Notes: generated by a model from the letters alone, not told the origin. 64,000 nt of DNA from Macrostomum lignano (GCA_002269645.1 NIVC01002719.1:1-64000), one strand, 5' to 3'. Shown: positions 39,099-52,602, counted from the stretch's first letter. Made by a program: numbers and translations.

Positions 39099-40842
39099 CT
39101 AGTTTGGACACCATGAAAAACAGCTCGTGCTGGCAGAGCCGTCAGCTAAAATAGAGCCAAATTATTCAAAATATGAGTGTCAATGTCAATTATTACCTCT
39201 ATTTTAATAATGATAAGCCTAGGCTCAAAAATTAAGATAACCCTAGATTTCTTTATATATCTTAAGAGGATGAAAAGTACTAAAAATAGGGGTGTATTCA
39301 ATTAGTATTCTTACTTAATGCAAAACTTCAAGGTTTGGCTTAAATGCATGTCATCTTACTTTTAAAGTATAAAACAATAGTTAGTATTCATATTTAAAAC
39401 AAAGATAGTACAAAATAGACAGCAATAATTGGCTAACTGCACTGGTTCTAATTAGAATTTTTTAGAAATTGTTCTAACTAAATATAAGAAAGCTTGAAAT
39501 TGAAAATAATTTCTGATCCAACTATAATAAAATAAATTATATACCAAATAATATAGTAGAAAAGAGGAACCATAAAAAACAAATTGTAGAAGTTTATAGC
39601 TTTTTCAAAAAGAGACTTTTCTAGTAACATACATGATATTATTTGACCCTTAAAAACCAGATATATGTCAGTTATATAAATAATTTACTTGAGTCTTTCA
39701 AGTTTCTAAAGAATTCCTAAAGAGAAAGCTTTCAGCCATAGATATTAGTCCCTTTGTCAAAAGATTTAATTTACTGAATTTCTATATCTAACTTGTTCAT
39801 TTGCCAAAATAAGCTAAACAATTGATCAGTATTTATGTGTAGACCCCATATTTAAAGTATATCAATACTTTCTCTCTCATTTTCCCCTCTCTCTTTTTTT
39901 TCTCCTTTTTGTCTGAGTCTCCTTTGTCTCCTTTTTGATTTCAGAAAAATGACTCGGACAGAAAATTTTCAACTTTGAATCCCTTGTGATCACTATAATA
40001 AAAAATGGACTAATTCTGGTTCTAATAAAGATTACAACACCATATGAGGTTAGACTTTTATTTAAAGTCAGTATATTGGTTAGAAATTGTAAATCTAACT
40101 TAAATTGTATTATAGTGAGGAAAACAATGTAGAGTTTGGCAATCTTTCAGTTTATAATCACCTTTTATTTTTCCAGTTTTGGTTTAAGATCACTTTGTAT
40201 TTTGCTTACTACAGTGCAAAAATGGCATGTTCAAAACCAAGACATAAAAACTGATGATAGTTTTAAATGAAAAGAAATCAAAAGTTTGCTGATCAACTAA
40301 CTTTGTTAATTTGAAATTGAAAAGATGTGTACATCAGTTCACTAGTAGCTTATATATTTATCACCTTTGGTTTACAATCATCCAAAGCTGGCTCTAGGAA
40401 AGCATGTCAACCCTTAGTACACTTTCTTATTGCTAGCTTTGGTTTGTGATCATTTCAATGGGCAATGTACATTTAGTTGATTGTAAAGGTGAAATATAAG
40501 GTGCTATGACAATCTTACCATCTTTTGAAATAAACAAAGTCAGTTTGCCAACATTTGATTTTGTTTCATTGGAAACTATGGATTTTATATCTTACAACTT
40601 TTTCTGTGGTGATCATCACTGTTTAAGGTGATTAGTAATAAAAGTTTCAGAGCAAACTATTGAAGCATTGAGACATAGCGATAAATCAAACTTTTTGTTG
40701 ATCAAAAATCTTCAACCAAGATAAACCAAAACTTTCTGCTTACAATTTTTTAAAGCTAGCTAGAGTAAGGAATGTATCCCAAAACATGAATTCATTTTTT
40801 GTTTGAATTATCTGCCCGAAGAAAAAAATATCTGTCAGGGTG

Positions 40843-41148
40843 AATATCTGTCGGGGAACCCACACATGTCATTAATTCAATAAGAGCTATCTTAGATATA
40901 AATAGACTGAGCTGCTAATGTTGTGATCTATGATCAAATCTTGAAAGCATTAATTTAAAAAAATGATTTTATTATTGCAAAGAAAACTTAATAAGAATAT
41001 CTGTCGGGGAACCCACACATGTCATTAATTCAATAAGAGCTATCTTAGATATAAATAGACTGAGCTGCTAATGTTGTGATCTATGATCAAATCTTGAAAG
41101 CATTAATTTAAAAAAATGATTTTATTATTGCAAAGAAAACTTAATAAG
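40843..41148. repeat. Exact 153-bp tandem duplication
   Basis: 40843-40995 matches 40996-41148. Confidence 0.9.
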
Positions 41149-41300
41149 AGAAGCTTTAAGTCCAACATAAAATATTGTGTTAATTACATTTAACATGAGT
41201 CTTGTCAAACAAAAAAGCCTCAAGTCAAACATAAAATGTCATGTTAACTATTAAAAAGTATCATGTCAAACCTAAAAGAATTATAATGGCAAACATAAGT

Positions 41301-42125
41301 GGCATTCTTTCGTTTTAGAAGACCCTCTATGTATCAAATAGGAAGCTAGCAGTTTTGAAAAAGAAGACCCACCTAAAACATAGGAAGCTGCTCACATATT
41401 GTTGTCTATTATTTTGTTTGTTTATTCTTAATGGCTTTGTGTGTCTTTTATTACAGTTTATATTACTGTTTTGTTCTAGAAGACCGTCAAGCTACTATTT
41501 CATTGAAGGTCTTCCAAAATGAAGGTAGTAGGGGTGGCAGCAACAAAAGTTGCAGAAACGTTGGGTTTGTTTTCCTGTGTCGGCCTTGGGTACATTTTCT
41601 ATGAATGTCTGATATATATAGTTTCGTTTTAAAAGACCGACAATGTTAAACATCCATTAAAGGTCTTCCAAAATGAAAGTAGGGGATATGGAAACTTTTT
41701 TGAGAGGTCGAAGCTGCACCCAATGGACATCACGATGTTCATTGTTGGTTACCTGTTGGAAATTCTGCAGATGTAAGTTTAACATAAAGGTCTCTTACTT
41801 TTGTAATGCAAGACCTCTGTGTTGTAAATACTTAGGTGAAATGAGTTGGGTCTTCTTTTTCGAAGGTGAGGGGAGGTGCCAGGCTGGGTTAGTTTGACAG
41901 GCTGGGTATGAGATTGGTGGCATAAACCCTTGCGATTACATAATAACAACTTTGTATGAAATTAAGCACTGTCGATTAAAGCATCAACTTTGTGTGGAAT
42001 TAACTTTTGCTACGCTTTCATTTTGTTAGTGAATGCTTGTTTTTTGATTGATTTCTTCCCCTTTTCCATGGGTCTTCCATTACGAAAGTCACACATTTTT
42101 GGGTCTTCTATAACGAAAGAATGCC
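41301..42125. mobile_element. 825-bp non-autonomous TIR element, Merlin-like (GG termini, 8-bp TSD)
   Basis: 25-bp TIR ggcattctttcgttttagaagaccc (1 mismatch); perfect TSD acataagt at 41293-41300 and 42126-42133; internal copies of TIR-like motifs. Confidence 0.8.
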
Positions 42126-44279
42126 ACATAAGTTAGGCCCTTAACCAAAAAAGAATTGGTTTGTCAATTATAAAATACTCATAATGGACTTGCCAAGTTT
42201 TTAAGGCTCATGGCTTATAGAAGGAATCATAAAATTATTGGGGCTATAAAGGGAATTTCTAAAATGTTATAGCTCATGGTTCATGGCTAAAATTCTTTGA
42301 CTATAAATAGGACTAAGGTTAGAATTAAGGTGAAGGTTAATCAATAAAAGAATTGTTATATCAAAATAAAATATTAAATTAATTGGGGAATTAATTCAAT
42401 ACTAAGGCTTATGATAAAGCAAATTGGTTTTGTTTTAAGGCTAATAAGGAGAACTACTATGATGTAAAAACATAAGGGAAATTGTTAAGATGTAAAAGCG
42501 GCTATCCTGCATTTTCATTCGTTAAATTATTTCCGGAATTATTTCGCCCTCTATTCAAGTTCAAGGGTGGTGGGGGGTGGGTGTTGGAATTAAACGAACG
42601 AAAATGCAGGATAGCCATAAAAGCATATATGAAAATTTCTAAGATATATCAAGGCTTAAATAGAAATTTTTAGCATCAATAGGCCCCTTACTCATTTGGG
42701 GAAATCTAAATAAATAACAGAAAAAAATCTATGGCTATTAGGGCAATAGCTAAGATAGGCCTATCAAGGTTTATTTTGTAAAGTATTAAGTATCAAGGCT
42801 CATATAGTATAGGTAGATTTTATGAGATGCTAATACTCATAAGGGGATTACTGAGATGTTAGAAATTGTTAATAAGCTAAGCCAGAGGTAGATCAAAGGA
42901 ATAATTTATACAAGCTATGGCTTAAGATGTTAAGAATAAGTCTAGTACTATTAGTATTACATAGTCTATACTAGTGTGGCAGGTGGCTGCCCCTGTTAAT
43001 ATTGTTGCATTCATTTAATCATTATTCATTATCTTTTAAAATTATTACTCTTACGTGAATGTGTGGTAGTTGGGTACCACCGATTGATTATTTGCTCATT
43101 TGATTTTAATAACATTACAGTTTCTGGACGGGTTTAACTTTTTTATGACCGGTTTTTCAGTTCCAGCTCCTAAATCGTACTTCGAAATCCCGCCATAACG
43201 GAATTGTTGAAGCACGTAATAAAACAACCGTTTACTTAAATAAATCTCGAATGAAAACAGACTAAAAATTAAAATAAAAATGATAATATTTATATAGATT
43301 TGTGTATTTCAACTTTTGATTTTTCAAAAAAAATGTCGCGATAAATGTGGCGAAATTTTAAAGCAAACCGATTCAATCGAGCATATTTTAACAAATGTAG
43401 ACATTACACAGTTAAGTACCATTTGATAATGTGAAATTGAATAATTAAGTAAGAATTCGTAATGGCGTCTAAATAACTAAAGAACTAGCTAATAGGAGTC
43501 TATAAAAATAATTTTTCATTCTTTCAAAACTTGCTAAGGCAGTTTATTGTAAAGTTATTTAAATTATTATCTGAAATCTAAAATGGTCTTGAACTAATAA
43601 TAAATCGAAAAACGGGTTAAACGGCAATACAATTAATGGCTTATTTTATCCTTAAAAAAGTCGAAAAAGTAGAGGTCCTAATTAGTTGTGAATACGTTCT
43701 ATCTCAGTGAATGGTTTTACTTTGTCAGAAAGAATTATCATAAAGTATACCAATAACTGCATGGATACAAAATGATAAACTGACTGTGTGCACCTTGGAA
43801 AATTACAAAGCATAAAACCTGTACAGATCTAATTTGCCCAGTTTTAGTGTTATTATTAATTTTCATGTGATTATGCATATCATGTATAATTTGATAAAAA
43901 TAAAAATAACTTTGATTGTTTTAAAGCAATTTTTCTGTTGGAACACATAAAAGCGATATCAGTCTTGAGAATCTTTATTGGCACCACAAATACTCACCAA
44001 AAGTTTGTATAGTACTGTATCTTTTTAATCTCAAATGCAGCTGCGATTGGGAAAAAATGCGGATGGCATCACGGCTGTGGACGATGATATATAATGGTTA
44101 AGGCAACACGTGGAAAATTCATGCAGGCTACTTTGGGTAATGGGTCAATAACAGTGATATGCATAATCGCAGAAGATTTCACAGTGTCACGATTATTGGT
44201 GTTGAGGCTATGACCCTTAGAAGGGCCGTTTTACGAGAGTTGCCGTAAGTCGTAGTCCCAAAATGAATCGAGTCAAGTC

Positions 44280-45816
44280 TAGGGGGCGACCCAGTCCCGG
44301 GCCCGGGCCCGAAAAGTCGGGAATCCCGACCAAAATCGTGGCCCGACCCGGGCCCGGGCCCGACCCTAAAAAAGTCGGGAAATCGGGACAAGTCTTTTTT
44401 CCCTAAAGGCACTAACCGCGTGCGAAAAAGAATAAAATTATTTTTATTCACAGCACAGCACAACACTCAGTTAAGCATCGCATCAGCACTCAAGACTCAA
44501 GCACTGCACAACTGCAGTAATAGTAATAGATGATATGATGTGAAGTAGCAATATCATTGATTTGTAGTATGCTCTTAGCGTGAGCGTCTGTGACTGTGAC
44601 CGTGAGCGTCAGCCACAGCCAGTTTCCACTTTCCAGGAAGATCGGATTTTTTCCAGGAAGATAAAATTAAAACATAGTTTTGCAATACTTTTTTGCAATA
44701 TTGATTCCACTTTACACGCTGCAGGCTGCAGCCTAAAAGCAAAAATATGATTCTTAAAAAAGTTGATTTGTCAATTTTAAGCTTTTGTAAATAACATTTC
44801 CTATTTACATTCCAAGAAGTACCTATTAAGGGCCAAGGCTACCATTTTTCCAAGAAGTTTGCTATCTGTCAGAGTTTGTAATCGTGTTCATATTTGTATT
44901 GTATTCGTAGGTAGTTGTAGTCATAGACTCATAGTATCATATTCGTAATCATATTCGTTTAGGTAGGTAGGTGAGCAGGTAGGCAGGTATCAGCTAATTA
45001 CTTGTATTTCCATTGTCTGTTTGCCTGTTCTGTTGAGACAGTTGAGTGTTGTGTTGTGTTGTCACTTCACTTGTGTTCTGTTCTGTTGTCTTGTCTTGTT
45101 GTCTTATTGAATACTGACTGTGTACATGGCTCTTTACATTGAAGCTATGTAAAGGAACTAAAAATTCAAATAAAAGAATCAATCAATTGATTTGGTTCTT
45201 ACTTCCTTATTGCTTCCAATGCCAAGTGCCTTACACTTAATGCTTCAGCTTTTCTTCTTTTTGCTTACTGCCACTGCCAGTGCCAGCCGCACTACCGCAG
45301 TGCCTGCTTGCCTACCTCACTGCCTATTAGTGTCACTGTCACTGGCACACACACAGTACTTGTGCCACACAGTGACATTGAATTTGAACTATTGGGTATA
45401 TTGATATTTGAGTATTAAGTCTTTTAATGTAACTCTTATCTATTCTGAAGTCTTAACTAATGTATTAAATAAAAATAATATTTATTATATTATATATTTA
45501 ATATATATTTAATTTAATATATTATATTTATTATATTTATATATTATTATATATTCAATATATTTATATATTATAATATATTTAATGTTTATCATATATT
45601 TATTATACATTTAATATATTATATTAGATTTAATATATCTATATATTTATTATATATTTAATAGTAATCCGCATATGCTAAAAGTATTAAGATTTATTAT
45701 GATTTTTTTTCCAATTATTGAGCTGTCCTAAAGATCTTGTCCCGAATTCCCGAGGCCCGACCCGGGCCCGAGTCCTCATTCCCGGGCCCGACTTTGGCTG
45801 TCCCGGTCGCCCCCTA
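44280..45816. mobile_element. 1.5-kb non-autonomous hAT element nested in the MULE
   Basis: TIR tagggggcgacc / ggtcgcccccta, perfect 8-bp TSD gtcaagtc, and subterminal cccgggcccg repeats at both ends. Confidence 0.9.
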
Positions 45817-45997
45817 GTCAAGTCTTGAGAAGCGGATTGTGTAGCGGAGCACTTGGCATACAAGGCAGGTAACTGCCGTAGTTGTTTTATTGTTTAAATC
45901 AATATTCAAATTTGGTTAACGTTAATACAGAACTTATTGTACTTTTGGGACACTGGCGGCTGCAACAATGGTTTTGAATTGAAGGTGAATTAGAAAT

Positions 45998-46377
45998 TGT
46001 AGTCGAGTGGTAGGCGAGTGATGCAGGGCGATGCAACGTGGTGAGTAGCGGCGATGAGTACAGAAGAGGCAGATGCGTAGTGGTGAGATTGGCGTTAGCC
46101 GTGGCAGACAGTGGCAGTGTAAACAGGCTGGCCCAGACAGCGGAGCCGTGGCGAGAGATAAGGAGGCTCGAGGCAGCCAGACAAGAACGCAAAACCACAC
46201 ACAAGGCCAAGGACAGACAGGGAGTGAGGAGTGCCCGCCGCCAGGCGGGGGTTTAATAAAGGAGCGCAGAGGGGGGTAGCGCGAAGCACGAGTGGTTTTC
46301 ATTGGCTGACGAGAGAACTTAAAATTATCGATCGTGCCAATTTTATACGGTCGCGAGAGAGGATAGCAAAATATACA
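45998..46377. mobile_element. 380-bp TG...CA insertion (solo-LTR-like) flanked by a 13-15-bp direct repeat
   Basis: gtgaattagaaattg at 45985-45999 and 46378-46392; internal AATAAA and TATA-like motifs. Confidence 0.5.
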
Positions 46378-46722
46378 GTGAATTAGAAATTGCCACAAAA
46401 TCGTTGGGCACTACTACAAGTAAACGTCGCAATAAACAAATGGAAAAGTTTAGTTGAAACGGTGAAACTGAAGGGTTGAAACTATAGAGAAACAGCAGTC
46501 CGACGGCCCTTTTCGGGACCACCTTAAATTGACAACGTCACAACAGGATGACTTTTTTATCGTCCGAAACGTGAACAAATGTATTTTATTTTCATGGGTT
46601 TTCCTTGACTCTTGCATCTGAGCAGGCGCGGTGGTAGAAGAAAAATATTTGGGAGGGGTTCAAAACATGGTCAAACTCTGCTATTTTTGGACAGAGAAGC
46701 CGGTAACGAAGAGTAAAGATAA

Positions 46723-47372
46723 ATGTCATAATATAGTTATTTAATGTATTCGGGCTGCACGTCAGCTGCACGCAAACCCTTGGCTCTGGGTGCTGGCAAC
46801 GCAACAGAGGAAAGTACCTTAACAAACGCGGCTGCTTGGCGCGGTTGGTCGTCGGATAGTTACGGCGGCGGCTGCAGTCATGGGCGATCTCTTCTTGGAT
46901 TGGGGTGGGTGTTAGGGGAAGTTGCAGACGATGGGGAAGGAAAGAACAGTTATCGGGTGCTTATTTGGGAGATACTGAGGATCTAGGAGCAATCACAGTA
47001 TTTATAACAGGCTATTTATAGCCCTGAGATCACGTGTTAGGCGATCACGTGAGCGTGATGCGTGATACTGAAGGCCGTGACCTGTCCTTGACCTCCGTTA
47101 CCAAGCAACCCCAATGACGCCATCCGCCAGCCGCGCTGTGATTGGACAAGAAATTACGATGAGGCGCATCGGAGAAGAAGGATTTATGATAAGGATTACG
47201 TAACAGGTGGGGAAAAGCTTGGGAAGACAGAATTAAGGTCGTAAAGCTGTAACAAAAAATAAAGCTGTACGAAATACGATTGATTTCGTACAATAGAAAG
47301 GAGGTGGGGTTGGCGCGCGGAGTGTGGGGTGGGTGATAAGCATTAGCATGAGTCCTTTGGGGAAGCATGACA
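46723..47372 (-). mobile_element. Putative solo LTR
   Basis: TGTCAT...ATGACA inverted termini; TATAAATA at ~47015 followed by a poly(A)-like signal on the minus strand; no TSD found. Confidence 0.4.
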
Positions 47373-48554
47373 TGAGTCTTACCCAGTCAATTATACTGGA
47401 ATTCTAATTGGTTTGAGGAATCACAGGGGAGGAAGGGAGGGTGTGCCAAATTCGTGGGGGCCCAGGACGTGCCTAAATCATATTGATGTCATTGAAATAC
47501 TGGGAAGACAATACCACCCCCCCCTCAAAAAAATTATTGGATAGGCCATTTCCCACCCTGCCCCCAGTTCCGCCAAGCCTGCTTCTCAGAAGCCATGCAG
47601 GAATCGCCGGAGCAAAAACTTTTACATGAATTGATCAGATCATTCTTTGCGTCATCATGAACCCCAGAAAAATAGGAAAGAGTTACAAATCTGACCGAAA
47701 AGTCTCGGTCTTGACTTGACTAGGTCTGTCCTCGGGAATGCCGGATGCTCCTTCTAGACACACTGTGGCCTCCTACTCCTGGTCACGAAGCCCGCGCCCT
47801 GCCGGTAGCATACTCGTACATACATGTATTACACTGATGTGTTGCATGATTTTCATGCATGACTGATAAGAAATCGATACTTACAAGTAACTTCTTTAAT
47901 CAGCCGAGTAGCCTACTCACAATAATGTTAAGATATTCTGCTTCTAATCCTCACAAGTAAATAGACAATAGATATCCTACCCTAGCAATCCTACTGAAAG
48001 AGGGGCCATGTGAAGAGACTCACAGAGAACCCAAAGGCTAAAAAGTCAAGGAAGGGTCTCACCAACAATTAGAGTCCCTGAAATTCAGGTAATCCTGTGA
48101 CCGAATTCACCAGACGAACCATTCTGATGCTACTGATTGTCACAGGCAGTTGATAATCTGACACTTGCTGACTTGACTCACTTTACGATGCCGATGATGT
48201 CAATCGAGTGAATGTGAATACATCAGTTATTGACAATGAGATTTTTGGGCAGTTGTTTTTTTGACAGTAAAATTATTCATAGATCACGATCATTGGTTCT
48301 GAGGGTCCAAGGTTCTATACAGAGAATCCACTGGGCGGATGTGGTTCAACTCTATTATTTTTACGAGGTCCCGATTATTAGAATTTTTGGCATACCAAAA
48401 TTATTATACGTGGAAGATTCCAATTGACTATGAGAAAATCTCTGGATCCATCTCAACAGGGAATCCTCATCTGGATCCGGAGAAAGATTTTTTCTTATTA
48501 TTATTTTTTCTTCTGTTGAAGAAAACTTATTGCTACCATATTTGATCATTTCAG

Positions 48555-51386
48555 GCCCAACTCTTGAAACTACAGAGTTTGCTTGAAAAGCCTATTTTTC
48601 CAAGACCTGCTGGTCACTGGCGAGATGCACGAAGTTCGTGGGGTGCTACGTGTCACCTTCTCGGAGTTGCGAATCGCCTCGAGAATAGAAGAAAGATTCA
48701 GATAAAATATCTACAAATTATAAAACGCTATCCTGCAACTGCTAAATCGTCCGTTCAGACAATCGCAGAATCTTTGGAACCCTCGGCCGATGAGCAAGAA
48801 GAAGAAAGCGAACACCTAGCCGATGAGCAAGAAGAGGATAGTGAACACCCGGCCGATGAGCAAGAAGAAGAAAGCGAACACCTAGCCGATGAGCAAGAAG
48901 AGGATAGTGAACACCCGGCCGATGAGCAAGAAGAAGAAAGCGAACACCTAGCCGATAAGCAAGAAGAGGATAGTGAACAGCCGGCCGAAAGCAATGCTCA
49001 GGAACGTCAATTTCCGAGTGCCACGAACGATGATGAACAAATTTATTGTTTTCAAACAGAGCTTTGTGGTCAGCTGTGGAAAAAAATTCTTGATGAAGGT
49101 ATAAACCAACGGAAGTTAACTGAAGAAACAGCAAGAGAATGGAGAAAGACGATTAGACGAGCGATAGACGAGAAAGACGAGCGATTAGAGCAACACACAA
49201 CATGCATCATTGTTTTTAAGAAGCGAAAGATCTACGCAAATGTAAATACTGACAATTCTAGAGCAGAATCCGACGTGTGGCTCAAGCATGAAGTCGTTTC
49301 CAAGCACGAATCTTGCCATCGAGAATTCCAAATATGTATTCCTAAATCTGCACTGTTTACCTTGAATTCTGGAACGGTGATCATCACTGTTCGTGGCAAA
49401 CAATGTCACGAAAATGCTACTTTTCGAAGAGCGACAGAAGAGGAGACTGCTGCAGCAGTTGAAGAACTGCTCGAAAATGCAGGCGGAAAAATACCATTAC
49501 CTTCAACTGCTTGCATGTTTTACGACAAAGTCTGTTCTGCAGATGCCAATCTAATCATGTCTCACAACTACAGTCAAGCAGGCAGCATTCACAGACACAA
49601 GCGTGTTAGGCACATAGCTGCAACCAAAGACAAGGTCAGCAAGGATATTATTAAGCAGCTGTACTATCAGATGTCTGAATTTGAGAAGAAAACTTCTGAT
49701 AAAACTCTTAAGGGCTACATTTAGTCGATCGGCGTAAGCCCATTCCATGTATATATGGTCTGTGAAGACCAACTTAGATTACTTTTTAGAAAAATGGAAA
49801 GCCATGTGCTGCATCTGGACGCCACAGGAGGAATTGTTAAGAGTGTGAACTTTTGCAGCAAACCTATTTTCCTGTACTCTGTAACAATAGAGAGTCCAGT
49901 GGAGACCGTGCCTGTCAATATCGCCGATGCCTTGATGAACAGCCACAAAGTTGAAAACGTTGTAAGCTTTCTACTTCAATTCGCGCAATCCCTGAACCGC
50001 CTACACTCACGTATTCAGCCACCAATAGGAATGGTTGTTATTGACTTTTCGTGGGCCTTGTTGCACGGAGTTTGCATCGAAATAACTCAGCTTCGACTCA
50101 GCGATGTTCTAAGCCGATATTTTGAATTCTTTGAAAATTCGAGTTGTGGTAAAAGCGGCAGGCTCATAAATATGTCTGCCCCTCCATTCATATGCTCAAA
50201 TCATGCGATTGCTGCTGTTCGTCGCAGTTTTAAAAGGCCGCCACTTCACAATGTCTCACAACGAGTCATGCGACTGTTTATACATGGCTTCATACTACTG
50301 ATGTACTGCGAGACATATGAAGCCTTCGTTTTCAACGCAACGCTGCTCATCAAAATTCTTGGGTCAGCAAAAGCTGTCCCACGTGTCGTCTTTATGTTGA
50401 CTCAGAGAATATCTGACTGGAAGAAAGGAGTCAAAAGCTCAGATTCAAGCGAATCGATCGGAATTGAAGAAAGGCCACCAGAATTCGAAGTCGAGGACGA
50501 GACAACGTCATCTTTGCGAAGAAACTCGCCGTTTTATAAAAGGTTTTGTCAGCTGACGTCGTTTGAACAGCGCAAGGACGTGGATCCGGCCAATAACTTT
50601 TATTCTCCGGAGCTACTTGATTTTCTGATCGAACAATGGCTACCACTTTCTCCTTTGTGGGGTCATTTTGTTGTTCAAGCGTTTCCATCGCTTAATCTCA
50701 TTAAGTCGTGGTATTCTAATGTAACTGCCGAGAACCATTTCCGGCAAATTAAGAGCACAAAATTGGCCAATGTGACACAACAAGTTAGCGCTTCTACATT
50801 TGTCGACTTCTTGTTTGAGCGGACGCAGAAGCACATTTTGGTGTACGAACGCTGCTGCAATGGACTGCCACGATGTTACAAGAAAAGGAAATTGAATGAA
50901 GAGGATCAACAGGATGCAACTGAAACATGGCAAAAGAAAAAAAGAGCAAAGTTTGTCCAACCTCGCTACTTTAACTTCAAATTCGACAGCGAAAGCCAGC
51001 CCGAAGAAAGATGCAGCGATGCAACTGAGTTCAGCAGTGAAAAAACCACCGATCCGACCTGCGAAACAGAAGGCATAGGAGAACGTGTTGAACAGAGGAC
51101 CGGCTGTTTTCCAGAAGTCAGTAAGCAGACTTCCGAAAGTCGCACTAACCAACGTCGGCGACGTCAAACGCAACAACAACCTCGGCAACCTCGGCAACCT
51201 CGGCAACCTCGGCCTCGGCAACCTCGGAAATTTCGGCAAACTCGACAACGTAGAAAAAACCACCAAGTTGAGCATCCGGCAGTTGCTCGATGTCTGGATA
51301 CTTCTACTTGCATTATTGCTGGTATTCCAGATGGTTTGAGTTTTCCTATCTGTAACAAGGACACACTCGCTTTGTGGCCGAAATGA
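48555..51386 (+). pseudogene. MULE/NOF-FB-like DDE transposase interrupted by one in-frame TAG
   Basis: ORFs 48564-49724 and 49755-51386 are in the same frame (GYI*SIGVSPFHVYM). Catalytic motifs: LHLDATGG, VIDFSWAL, ICSNH (CxxH), TAENHFRQIK. Probable acceptor tttcag at 48554. Confidence 0.85.
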
Positions 51387-51848
51387 AATGGATATACAAG
51401 TCATTTATGCGTACATTCAAGCAATATTCGCTAAAACCGATGTTCAATGCGGCTTGCACAAATTGATTTTTGTGCCATTGTTGTTTATTGTACGTTTACT
51501 GGTGCTTTTTGCAGTACTGCTCAAAAATCAATTTTAATGTTTTCCCTGCTAAAAATACACGTACATGTCTATATTTTACACATATTATCTGTTTTTTTTC
51601 TGTTTTGCAAACGTTCGGCATTAGTCAAAAATTTTTAGATGTGCCATTCTAGCTAGCTATGAACAAGCAAATTTACGAAATTTCTTCATTCCCATGTATA
51701 ATCAAATGTGTTGTGTTTAATGTCACTATATACTCGTGCAAAAATGTATGCTGCAAAAAAACAAAGGGCTAGGTTCTGTCTGTTTTTGTGCTTTAATCGG
51801 TTCGATTTCAATAAAATATGATTTGTAACGAGTTTTTGACGTTGCGAC

Positions 51849-52138
51849 ATCACGCCATGCAAGATTCGAGACCTGCACTGAAGCAACAGTAAGGTGTGTG
51901 GAGCTGATTTTTTATATATACACAGATTTCAGATGGTAAATTGCAAAAATAAAATTGGTTAACAGTCGCTGTTTGGTATTTCGTAGTTCTAGGGGTAGAA
52001 TGATTTGGCCTGTATGCAAAATTCTGCAGTTACTGACGTTTCAACATCACGCTATGCAAGATTGGAGACCTGCACTGAAGCAACAGTAAGGTGTGTGGAG
52101 CTGATTTTTTATATATACACAGATTTCAGATGGTAAAT
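51849..52138. repeat. ~94-bp direct repeat (51849-51942 and 52045-52138) in the MULE right arm
   Basis: Near-identical sequence seen twice. Confidence 0.85.
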
Positions 52139-52602
52139 TTGAGTTTCGACAAAAAAATCGTTTTACATTTAGGTGTTTTCTGCTAAATTGATCTTTTTGT
52201 TATTTTTATCTTATCGGGAACTGGAACTGAAAAACCGGTCATGACTTTTTTAAGGCCCAACCCCGGCCAGATTTTTCGATTTAAAATTTCCCAAAGATAA
52301 ACAAAAAATAGCATGTAAGTTGTCCGATAGGACTGGAGCATACCTATCTGAATGTCTTATAAGCATAATTATTTGTCGTACTAATTATGTTTATTAAAAA
52401 GTAATAGTTAGTTACTTGTTATTACCGGTTCTAAGAAAAATGCATCTGCCTTTACCTTATGTGGCAGGTGGCTGCCCCTGGTTTTTTTTAATATTTATTT
52501 ATTAGCAGTTTAATAACTTTTGAAATTGATGTTTCACGCCAAGTGTACGTTTCCCAAGCCGTTATTTCGTTTTCCCTTGAAGGGACAGTTTTCCGTAATT
52601 TT

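Larger units (their letters stand above)
43145..52242 (+). mobile_element. 9.1-kb Mutator-like (MULE, NOF-FB-like) DNA transposon with nested insertions
   Basis: 26-bp TIR atgaccggtttttcagttccag(c/t)tcc at both ends; 9-bp TSD aactttttt / gactttttt; encloses a DDE transposase gene. Confidence 0.85.

Noticed and set aside
44205-46540. Possible Kolobok-like ends (aagggccgt / acggccctt near TTAA)
   Set aside because: Only a 9-bp match and the left TTAA is absent.
50640-51404. 254-aa antisense ORF
   Set aside because: Shadow of the transposase ORF and its 9-bp repeat.
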